From the NCBI GenBank assembly GCA_016839805.1, contig JAEOTO010000028.1, positions 1 to 30,572 on the forward strand: a DNA stretch of 30,572 nucleotides. Reading direction: 5' to 3'. The notes beneath the pieces are model-generated. The model did no database searches, was not told the origin of the DNA, and was given only the letters and a program-made list of their open reading frames with translations. This document shows, in pieces, positions 15,989 to 24,234 of this stretch (its first letter is position 1; every line of letters starts with the position of its first letter). This DNA is from Candidatus Hermodarchaeota archaeon. GTDB lineage: Archaea > Asgardarchaeota > Hermodarchaeia > Hermodarchaeales > Hermodarchaeaceae. The position numbers and the translations under genes were made by a program.

Positions 15989-18943
15989 TCAGCAAGATTT
16001 AGGCCCTAGACATAGAGTCTGAATTTGATATGGACATATAGGAAAGGTGAAGTTGTGCTTATCAATTGCTAAAATATGCTGTTCTTTACGCGGTTGTTCA
16101 GCAAAATTCGCTTGTCGGATCTCGGTGAAGGGGATTTCAATTTTCACGGAGCCCGTTGATGCTTGTCCGGTGAATTCATAGACCCTGAGTATAGTTAAAT
16201 CCTCATCTTCAGCTTTTTTCAAGCAACTAAACCGGATATTGTTGGGTTCTAAAGTAAAGAAGCTTCGTGTCGCAGGGAAAGGACCTGTGTTAACGGGTTC
16301 AATTTGAATGGCTCTAAGGGGGGTTGTAAAGGTTTGGGCTTGCAGGTGTGCTTGTTCGTTCTTCCATGTCCCCTGATGAGGGATAATGGAGTAATGAAAG
16401 AAGTGAGGCCCAAGACATTGAGCTCCAGGTGTTTCTAAAGCAGGACCAGCGTGACCCCGCCGAGTATTTAGGTCCTCGCGTGAAAGCCAGCCAATAGATC
16501 GAAGTAAGGTTAGCGCGATGGTGTGACGGGCATCATTGAGTACTTCATATTCGGGCAGCCCTCGGCTTGCGATGATAAGACCGCATGAGTCATCGGTTAC
16601 ATCTACAAAGGATTGTAGAGCATGGGTGGTTGTGGAGTCTTCAAACCAGCCCAGGGGTTTCCCTGGTACTTTGGGGAGTTGGAGCATAGTGGTTAGGTAG
16701 AAATCCATCATCATTGGGTAAAGTTGACTGTCCCATTCTTGAGGTGCGGGTTTCAGTGAACGTTCGGTGACATGGAAGGGTGTATCTCCCCAAGCGGTGT
16801 CCGTGTGGATATTCGTGGGAAAGAGGACGCGGAGTCGATGATCCTTAGCTGTGTTTGTCAAAGAGGTTTGAATATCGATACGCGGTTGGTTTGCATAGAC
16901 GGTGATAAGGTGTTGAATTGGAATTTTCGTATTGCGAGAAGAACGTCGGCTCCTCGAAGAATGGGCCTGCTTGGGTACAATAAGTGTTGTCTGGACATCG
17001 AGAGTAATCGCAACAGGACCCTTTTCGATGATTCGAATCTTGACCTTTGATTGCTGAAGACTAGAAATTAACTTGTCACTTTGTGGAGTACAGTAATTGT
17101 ATTCGTCACCAACATCCCCTCCATCTTCAACAGTTAGAAGTTGTTTAAAGCGTTTCTTAGTTGGTTTGTGATAGAGCGTAAGGGTGCCATTGGTGCTAGA
17201 AATTCGAAGGGTGAGAGCGGGGTTTTCTATACAATATATATTGTCTTTCTGTGAAAGGGTTAATGGTGGAAGCGAGTTAGGTCGGTGTTTGGTCGAATTA
17301 ACGGCTAAATAGAAGGTTTGGTATCCAAAGGCAGGAATTTCTGCGGGCATGCAGGTTAAAAAGTACTGAGTATCTGGATTCAGCGTTGTTGGTTGGCCAG
17401 AGTATTTCTCGGGAAGCTTATGAATATCATAAAGTGACTGGAGGGAAGAGTCTAGATCTGCTCCCTGAACGAGTTGGAAGGGAACTTGTGTTCCGGATGA
17501 ATCGTAAAGGGCAAGCTCTGTGGAGGAAATATTTCGAGAAACTTCTCGAAGTTGGATGCGGATGATATCAGAGAGTGGCCAGGGATGCGGATTAAAAACT
17601 CGAAACGCTGCAAACACGGGTTGGGGGATGTTAGTTGTGGGATCAGAATGAATCTGTGTATTGATGTGTGCAATAGCCTTACTCAGAACCTGATTGCCAA
17701 GCTGTTGACTCCATGCAAATCGGCGTTCCATATCTGCATGAGTAGCATCAACGCTACACCCACAAATTGAATCATGAGGGTGATTCTGGAGAAGTAGTTG
17801 CCAAGCTCGACGAAGTTCTATTGCTGGGTAGGGCGCATCTAGCCACCAGGCAATTGTGGTAAAGGGTTCGGTCCAGCGTTCGAGTAGTTGCTGGGCTGCA
17901 AAATTTGCTTGTTTGAGATAAATACGTGCTGAGAATACCCCTGGCAGAACGGGGACAAACTTACTACTATGTTGTTCACCTTCAATAAGGGGTAATTGGG
18001 TAACATCGACTTCATTACGGACTATCTGAATATAATCCATCAAGGTTCCATGGCGGAATTGTGCTCCTTGGAGATCCTTGATAAAATCAACAAAGAGTTC
18101 ATCGATGAATGGTCCAAGATCTGCCATTCCGGTGATTCCCTCGGTGGTTGGGCTTTTACCAAATTCACCGAGAAGCGCGGATACTGATTTTCCTTCGAGA
18201 ATATCGGTGGCGTTTAATCGTTGGTTCAATCCTTTGAGAAGATCTGGAATGAAAGGTTGGGGTGGGAGGTGATCACTACCGTTCAGTAAGAGAATTGCAG
18301 AACTTGTCCCCCTAAGGGATAAGACATTCATCGGCATCAGCAGTTGAGCAAGAGCACCATCAGTGGAATTGGGCAGGTTAGCCGCAGTGGCATAGCTTGT
18401 CCGAAGATGAACGACGAGTACTTCAGAGCCATCTGGAGCGCGCCAACGTAACTCGGTGGGAAGGGTATGTCCATGGTCTTCAAGACCGCGCCAAAAAATT
18501 GATGCATCGATGTCGAACCCACAGAGAATTTGTGGGAGTTGAGCAATATGACCAAAAGTATCGGGTACGTATCCAATGGGCATGACAGCTCCGAATTCTC
18601 GAGCAATTTGGTGTCCATAAAGAAGGTTACGAATTAATGATTCACCACTGACTAAGAACTCATCAGCTAGTACATACCAGGGGCCTATTTGTAATCGTCC
18701 TTCAATGACTAAACGTTTAATCCGTGATCGGTGCTGCGGTCGTATTTCGAAGTAGTCGTCTAAAAGGATTGTCTGCCCATCCAGGTTAAAATGGGCATAT
18801 TGAGGATTGCCCTCCATTAAATCAAGGAGCTGATCCATGGTTTTGACGAGTTGCCACCGGAAGTCTTCAAAGGGTAGATACCATTCACGATCCCAGTGGG
18901 TATGGCTGACCAAAATTATTGTACGAAGGGGAGGCATCGTCAA
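15989..18943 (-). CDS. GH38 alpha-mannosidase (MngB/Ams1-like, cytoplasmic)
   Basis: SHTHWDREWY, LDGQT, IGPWYVLADEFLVSGESLIRNL, PDTFGH (nucleophile Asp), NGSDH, QNHPHDSICGCS, DHRLRVLFP, LTLLRS. Confidence 0.95.
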   Translation of the reverse strand: MTMPPLRTIILVSHTHWDREWYLPFEDFRWQLVKTMDQLLDLMEGNPQYAHFNLDGQTILLDDYFEIRPQHRSRIKRLVIEGRLQIGPWYVLADEFLVSGESLIRNLLYGHQIAREFGAVMPIGYVPDTFGHIAQLPQILCGFDIDASIFWRGLEDHGHTLPTELRWRAPDGSEVLVVHLRTSYATAANLPNSTDGALAQLLMPMNVLSLRGTSSAILLLNGSDHLPPQPFIPDLLKGLNQRLNATDILEGKSVSALLGEFGKSPTTEGITGMADLGPFIDELFVDFIKDLQGAQFRHGTLMDYIQIVRNEVDVTQLPLIEGEQHSSKFVPVLPGVFSARIYLKQANFAAQQLLERWTEPFTTIAWWLDAPYPAIELRRAWQLLLQNHPHDSICGCSVDATHADMERRFAWSQQLGNQVLSKAIAHINTQIHSDPTTNIPQPVFAAFRVFNPHPWPLSDIIRIQLREVSRNISSTELALYDSSGTQVPFQLVQGADLDSSLQSLYDIHKLPEKYSGQPTTLNPDTQYFLTCMPAEIPAFGYQTFYLAVNSTKHRPNSLPPLTLSQKDNIYCIENPALTLRISSTNGTLTLYHKPTKKRFKQLLTVEDGGDVGDEYNYCTPQSDKLISSLQQSKVKIRIIEKGPVAITLDVQTTLIVPKQAHSSRSRRSSRNTKIPIQHLITVYANQPRIDIQTSLTNTAKDHRLRVLFPTNIHTDTAWGDTPFHVTERSLKPAPQEWDSQLYPMMMDFYLTTMLQLPKVPGKPLGWFEDSTTTHALQSFVDVTDDSCGLIIASRGLPEYEVLNDARHTIALTLLRSIGWLSREDLNTRRGHAGPALETPGAQCLGPHFFHYSIIPHQGTWKNEQAHLQAQTFTTPLRAIQIEPVNTGPFPATRSFFTLEPNNIRFSCLKKAEDEDLTILRVYEFTGQASTGSVKIEIPFTEIRQANFAEQPRKEQHILAIDKHNFTFPICPYQIQTLCLGPKSC

Positions 18944-19139
18944 ACACCTAATTGCGAAAGATTGATGGTAGATATTCGGTTTGAGAACTTATACTATTGT
19001 AATGTTCGTTTAAGTGTAAGAAGTGATTTTCTTATTGCCCTACCTAAGGCTGTTTCAATACTGTGGTTTTCACTTATCAGGAACCCTCTCTGCCTTTTAG
19101 TAGGCTTACACGGAAGTGGTCTAACGTGGAGGCACACTC

Positions 19140-19391
19140 GTGACACACCTTATGCAACCTCAAGCTGAATCAGATCGAATATTATGGGAAGTACTCCAAC
19201 AACTGCAACCTCATCGATCGGAGAACCACAAAGCAGCAATTCTCCGTGCCGATCAGGTGCAACGGCTTCGACCATTACTCGATTATGCGTGTCGACTCCA
19301 TTGGCGTGCGGGACGGACGGAAGAGAGCGAAGCCGCGTTAAAACGGTTTGTCTACAGATTCCTGGCGGGCGACATTCCCTACTATGATTAA
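19140..19391 (+). CDS. Small hypothetical protein
   Basis: 83 aa filling the gap between two minus-strand genes, with GGAGG 7 nt before the GTG start and a helical composition. Confidence 0.55.
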   Translation: MTHLMQPQAESDRILWEVLQQLQPHRSENHKAAILRADQVQRLRPLLDYACRLHWRAGRTEESEAALKRFVYRFLAGDIPYYD

Positions 19392-19490
19392 CCCCGTTTG
19401 AAATGACCTCTTTTCTCTGAAAAAAATAGGTTCTAGGAGAGAGCAGCCGGGTATCGGTGCCTCTCCTAGCATTTTTCATTGCATGACTGT

Positions 19491-20810
19491 TTACTTTCGC
19501 TTTTTCAGCCAGCGGTAGATAATGCCACCAAAGATGATAATGAGAGCAACGGCGGTGCCAATCCAGATCCATTCTGGTGGAATTGGGGTTGTGGTTGGTG
19601 TGGTGGGTGAACCCAAATTATACCCTGCGGCCCAGTCCCAGTTGAAGATTTGTGTAAAGAAGGTAGCGACACCAGTGTGAGTGATGATGACACCGGCTTC
19701 ACGGTTTTCGTGTGTGGATTCATAGCTCCAGTTTATGCTTGATACAAGGACTTTTTGTCCATCGACTATGACGCCCTTGTTGTGGGTCCATCCGAAGAAA
19801 GTCTGGTTGCTAAACACGACTTCAACTCCATTTGCGAGGAACATCTCACCAACTTCCTGCATTCCGGAACTACGATTATCAAGGATTACTCGACAGGTCA
19901 CACCTCGTTGTCGGGCAGCGATTATTGCATCATTGAATTGGTTGGGACCACCATCCCACTCCATCTTTGAATACATTTGCTGAACATACAACGTTGAAGT
20001 TGCAGAGTCGATTAAAGCGGTAATTGCTGAAATATCATTATCAGGAGATAGCACACACTGAATACTCATTGAACCAGTGTAAATCTGAGATGGAAACGGC
20101 GCAGGATACGAGCCGGTATCAATATTTGTACTAAAGCTCTCTTCATCGCCAGAGTCAGGAACATAGGGTTCAACATTATCAAGTAGAAGATCGTGCGTAA
20201 AAGTCTCGATGAAGTAGTTTACTACGTCAGGCTGTTCGATGACTACACCCCATTCTCGATTGCCAGCGCTTTCAGCTGGTGGTATTCCGGATTTTGCCCA
20301 ATTGGCACTTTCTACAACAACAACTTCTCTATCGAAAATCATGAATTTCGCATGTGTAAATTCAAGATAGGTTTCCTCAGAGAAAAATAGCTGAAGATTC
20401 GAACCGAACGCAGCATTTTGAGAGAGATTATAAAACGCTCCATGCGTTAAATCACGTTCAAAATAAGAAGCCCATTTCCAAGAGACAATGATTTTTATTT
20501 CCATGCTTCCATTCCTGGCAAGAGCATCATGAATTTCGTCGATGAGGAACCAGTTGGTGAAAGCGTAGACCATGATGAGCATTTCATCTTGTGTGTTCTG
20601 CATCAGGTCAGTGATAACTCCAAAGCTTGAGTCTGGTGAGGAGAAACAGGTTACAGTTGCTGAACCGGTGTAGGTGGATGCGGGTTTGTCTAGGGTGGGT
20701 GGTTGTGCTCGAATCACGAAGTCTGTCTTTGGCGTGGGTAATGCAAAGCCCAGAGTCATGAATCCAATGAGCGATACCACCAGGATTTTTTGGAAAAGTG
20801 TTAGCCTCAT
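19491..20810 (-). CDS. Surface-anchored phospholipase D/nuclease superfamily protein (two HKD motifs)
   Basis: HAKFMIFD...SANW...NREWG and HNKGVIVD...SSINW...NREAG. Signal peptide from MRLTLFQK (ATG 20810), a PTTPTTTP linker, and a C-terminal TM followed by KKRK. Confidence 0.92.
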   Translation of the reverse strand: MRLTLFQKILVVSLIGFMTLGFALPTPKTDFVIRAQPPTLDKPASTYTGSATVTCFSSPDSSFGVITDLMQNTQDEMLIMVYAFTNWFLIDEIHDALARNGSMEIKIIVSWKWASYFERDLTHGAFYNLSQNAAFGSNLQLFFSEETYLEFTHAKFMIFDREVVVVESANWAKSGIPPAESAGNREWGVVIEQPDVVNYFIETFTHDLLLDNVEPYVPDSGDEESFSTNIDTGSYPAPFPSQIYTGSMSIQCVLSPDNDISAITALIDSATSTLYVQQMYSKMEWDGGPNQFNDAIIAARQRGVTCRVILDNRSSGMQEVGEMFLANGVEVVFSNQTFFGWTHNKGVIVDGQKVLVSSINWSYESTHENREAGVIITHTGVATFFTQIFNWDWAAGYNLGSPTTPTTTPIPPEWIWIGTAVALIIIFGGIIYRWLKKRK

Positions 20811-21019
20811 AGGGGAAACTCCAAAGAGTGAATTATTATGGATTACCAATTTTCCTTGTATTTAGCTATATAGGCTTGTGCTTTGTCCTAGCAACCGATT
20901 CAAAGTCGAAATTCGGGAATATGCGTTTAAATCTGGAGCTATGAAAACTGAGGATTGACACGATATGTTCTTAAGAAGGTCTTACTCAGCTATTGCCATA
21001 AATCTACAGAAAGGTGTAA

Positions 21020-21505
21020 ATGATGCGGAAAGAGCTACGATATGAATTTAACGCGGTTCCACCAGCTCAGAAAGCATTCAAATGCGTGTGTGATCGGTTA
21101 AGCATTCAAGCACGTGAAGAGGATATGAGCGGAGGATTAATTGCGCGAAGTGAGGATCGTGTATTTGTTGCCCGATTACTTACTGAAAAAACAGCACGAG
21201 GAACTACGAGGATTGAAGTCGAAATCCGCCTTGCTACTGAAGAGCAGATGGCTGCTGTTGTTGCTTGTTTTGGAGAACCGGAAAAGGAGCGTAAAATTGC
21301 ACCAAGTGCTAAAAGTTTCGCAAAAACTATTGTTGAAACTGAACTAACTGATGACAAGGATGCTTTCATTGCCGTAGTCTGTGAGAAATTGGATATTCCG
21401 CTTGATCGATTTGGGAGTTACCGTGCGATGGTGTTATCCACTTCTAAGACTCCAGGCGTCCCAGAGGTCGTAAAACAAGCAGCAGAGAAACTCCAGGCGC
21501 TTTAA
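21020..21505 (+). CDS. Hypothetical protein
   Basis: 161-aa ORF with AAGGTG before the ATG. No motif recognised. Confidence 0.75.
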   Translation: MMRKELRYEFNAVPPAQKAFKCVCDRLSIQAREEDMSGGLIARSEDRVFVARLLTEKTARGTTRIEVEIRLATEEQMAAVVACFGEPEKERKIAPSAKSFAKTIVETELTDDKDAFIAVVCEKLDIPLDRFGSYRAMVLSTSKTPGVPEVVKQAAEKLQAL

Positions 21506-21529
21506 CTTGGAGGTCTTAATAGAAGAGAA

Positions 21530-21697
21530 TTACCCGTATCTTAGCTCATGAGTGTCAGATACATGTCCACACACCGGGCACAGGTACTTCTTTTTCTTAA
21601 AAACACAATTGCGATGGAACGAGGAATCGCAATTTGAGCACTTAATCGGTGTTTTCACGAGTTTTCCGCAAGCCTGGCAGACATCTTCGGAGCTCAT
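21530..21697 (-). CDS. Stand-alone C4HC3 zinc-finger microprotein (PHD / RING-variant-like), 55 aa
   Basis: Hand translation: MSSEDVCQACGKLVKTPIKCSNCDSSFHRNCVFKKKKYLCPVCGHVSDTHELRYG*. Spacing is C-x2-C-x9-C-x2-C-x4-H-x2-C-x8-C-x2-C. It is below the ORF-track length cut-off and fills an otherwise empty gap. Confidence 0.85.
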   Translation of the reverse strand: MSSEDVCQACGKLVKTPIKCSNCDSSFHRNCVFKKKKYLCPVCGHVSDTHELRYG

Positions 21698-21823
21698 ATC
21701 ATCACTGTCCTGATAGACTTAACACTACGAACTTCATCATTAAACGTTTCTCTTGGTCTGCAATTGAGTTCTTTCTACTACGTTTTCCTGTGATACTACG
21801 AAGGAGGGTTGAGTTACAATTTC

Positions 21824-22750
21824 TTAGCCTTCTCTCTCTTTGATGTAGGGTACACCGATGGCCTTTGGTGGAATGGAGCGACGAATAATCCCGAGGGCAA
21901 TGATGACACTGACATATGGAATCATTGCAATGAACTGTACATAGGGGGCTAGGAAGGAAAATTCTGGAAGGACATCAATTGACCCTTGAAGGGTACTCAG
22001 GAAGCCAAAGAATAATCCGGACAAGACAACTCCAAGAGGATTCCAGTTCCCGAATATTAGGGCGGCCAAGGCGATAAATCCACGACCACCTGTCATAAGT
22101 TCTACGAATCGACTGCCAAATCCGATGGAAAGATGAGCACCACCAAGAGCTGCGAAGATGCCACTGAGGATGACCCCAATTAGCCGTGTAGTTTGGACAT
22201 TCACTCCTGCAGTATCAAGGGTACTAGGATCTTCACCTGCGGCGCGAAGACGCATTCCAAACGGGGTTCGGTACAAGGTATACCAGCTAATGGGCAACAT
22301 TAGGAACATCAGCACCATAAGGGGAGAAATTGCCCCTAACCAGGGGAAAGTCACAGTTGGTAATTGCCGGACACTAGGAGTGATACCCCGAATTCCCCAA
22401 ATACCAAACACCATGAAAGAGGTGAATCCTGTGGCAAAGAGGATGATACCAGCACCGCTGACAATTTGGTTACCCTTCATTTGCACCGAGATGAGTCCGT
22501 GAATCAGACCAAGAATCCCCCCAGATATCGAGGCAGCTAGCAAACCAATCCAAGGATTTCCAGAGAAAAAGGTTCCAACGACTGCCATGAATGCACCCAT
22601 GAGCATCATCCCCTCTAATCCGATATTAACAACGCCTGACCGTTCTGAGAACATACCGCCTAAGGCCGCAAGGACTAAGGGTGTTGAGAAATGCAGGGTA
22701 GAGTTTATGAACCACGTGATAACTAAGGGATTAAGGAATGAGGATTGCAT
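21824..22750 (-). CDS. Nucleoside/sugar (CUT2) ABC transporter permease, NupC/YufQ-type
   Basis: STPLVLAALGGMFSERSGVVNIGLEGMML, TPFGMRLRAAGEDP, GRGFIALAALIFGNWNP. Confidence 0.92.
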   Translation of the reverse strand: MQSSFLNPLVITWFINSTLHFSTPLVLAALGGMFSERSGVVNIGLEGMMLMGAFMAVVGTFFSGNPWIGLLAASISGGILGLIHGLISVQMKGNQIVSGAGIILFATGFTSFMVFGIWGIRGITPSVRQLPTVTFPWLGAISPLMVLMFLMLPISWYTLYRTPFGMRLRAAGEDPSTLDTAGVNVQTTRLIGVILSGIFAALGGAHLSIGFGSRFVELMTGGRGFIALAALIFGNWNPLGVVLSGLFFGFLSTLQGSIDVLPEFSFLAPYVQFIAMIPYVSVIIALGIIRRSIPPKAIGVPYIKEREG

Positions 22751-24234
22751 TATAAGACACCTCCAATTAGGATTCCCTTCCTATATACGAGGAAGCTGGA
22801 AATAAGAGACAAGAGGACTCCTATCACTCCGAGTATTGAGAGGGGAATTGCTAGGGTTCCCTTATGGTAGATAACAGTCAAAACCGCCAGTATGATCCAA
22901 GCGATGGATGTTAAGAGTGCGGTGATGAAGCCTTCTCTTCTTTTCATGAGGATGGCAGCGAATGACCCAAGGGCTAAGGCTCCAATTCCTACTAATTGTG
23001 CGGTAAATACCAAGTCGCTTCGGAGATTGGCGAAGCCCACGCCAAATCCAATGAAAGCTCCAGTTAGGCTCAGTATTGCAGTGAGGAAGAGGGGTAAAGC
23101 GTTTGTCGGTTTTTTGACGATCCATTTCGCATATGCGAAATTTTGTTTGGCTAGCCATTTGATGAGCTTGGGGGCAGCAACGAACAAGACAACGAGACCT
23201 TGAATGATAAGTATCATTTCAACAGGAACACCTGCCTGTGTCTGCATGGCCACGGCGCCAGCACGAAGGAACCCGAAGAATACGGCCGCTAATATAACGC
23301 CAAATGGATTATTGAGCCCCAACACAGCAACCGTGATTCCATCAAAACCGATGCCCCCTGACCAGCCAATGATAAAACGCCGGTACTGCCCAAGAATTTC
23401 ACCTGCTCCGGCTAATCCAGCTAGTCCACCACTCATTAACAAGGCTAAGACGATCTGTTTCTTTGAATTGATACCTGCGGCTTCAGCAGCAAAGGGATTC
23501 TGTCCGACAGCCCGTATTTCATAGCCGGATACGGTTCGGCTCAGGAAGAAATAAACAAAAATTGCTGCAATAATAGAAATGAAAATACCAGCATGGAGAA
23601 TCGGTGAGAAAAATACATTGGGCAGCCAAGACGTGGGGAGAAGTACCATGGTCTGTGGAAAGGGCGTTCCAGGTTCTCTCAATGGTCCACTCACCAGGAA
23701 TTCAGTGAGCAGGATAGCAACAAAACTTAGCATCATTGTGGAAACGACTTCATGGGTGCCACGATACGCCTTTAGTAGTCCAGGGACCAAGCCCCACAAC
23801 GCTCCACAAATGGTCCCTATCGCTAGACAAACGAAGGGATGGATGATGATGGGAAGGAAAATGTAGATACCAATCAATGTTGCAACCATTGAGCCGATAT
23901 ACAATTGCCCCTCTGCACCAATATTGAAGAGACCTGCTTTGAAAGCTAATGCAACGGAAAGTCCGGTAAGGATGAGTGGAGTAGCCCACGCGAATATTAG
24001 GTCAGGTGATTGCAGAGCACCCTCCAGAAGTGCAGAATAAGCTACAATTGGATCTCTGCCGATTGCTATCATGATGAGGGCAGATACGAGGAAAGCGATT
24101 ATAATGGAACCGAGAGCCCAACCGAGTTCAGTGAGAATCCGCCAAAAAATATTCTCAAAGGCTCCTTCCTCTTCCTCTGCAACCGCGTCTACGAGTTCGG
24201 CTTCGAGTTCCTTTTGTTCTTCGATCATCCTCAT
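22750..24234 (-). CDS. Nucleoside/sugar (CUT2) ABC transporter permease, NupB/YufP-type, with extra C-terminal TM helices
   Basis: ATPLILTGLSVALAFKAGLFNIGAEGQ, HEVVSTMML, GYEIRAVGQNPFAAEAAGI, GFDGITVAVLG. Confidence 0.92.
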   Translation of the reverse strand: MRMIEEQKELEAELVDAVAEEEEGAFENIFWRILTELGWALGSIIIAFLVSALIMIAIGRDPIVAYSALLEGALQSPDLIFAWATPLILTGLSVALAFKAGLFNIGAEGQLYIGSMVATLIGIYIFLPIIIHPFVCLAIGTICGALWGLVPGLLKAYRGTHEVVSTMMLSFVAILLTEFLVSGPLREPGTPFPQTMVLLPTSWLPNVFFSPILHAGIFISIIAAIFVYFFLSRTVSGYEIRAVGQNPFAAEAAGINSKKQIVLALLMSGGLAGLAGAGEILGQYRRFIIGWSGGIGFDGITVAVLGLNNPFGVILAAVFFGFLRAGAVAMQTQAGVPVEMILIIQGLVVLFVAAPKLIKWLAKQNFAYAKWIVKKPTNALPLFLTAILSLTGAFIGFGVGFANLRSDLVFTAQLVGIGALALGSFAAILMKRREGFITALLTSIAWIILAVLTVIYHKGTLAIPLSILGVIGVLLSLISSFLVYRKGILIGGVL

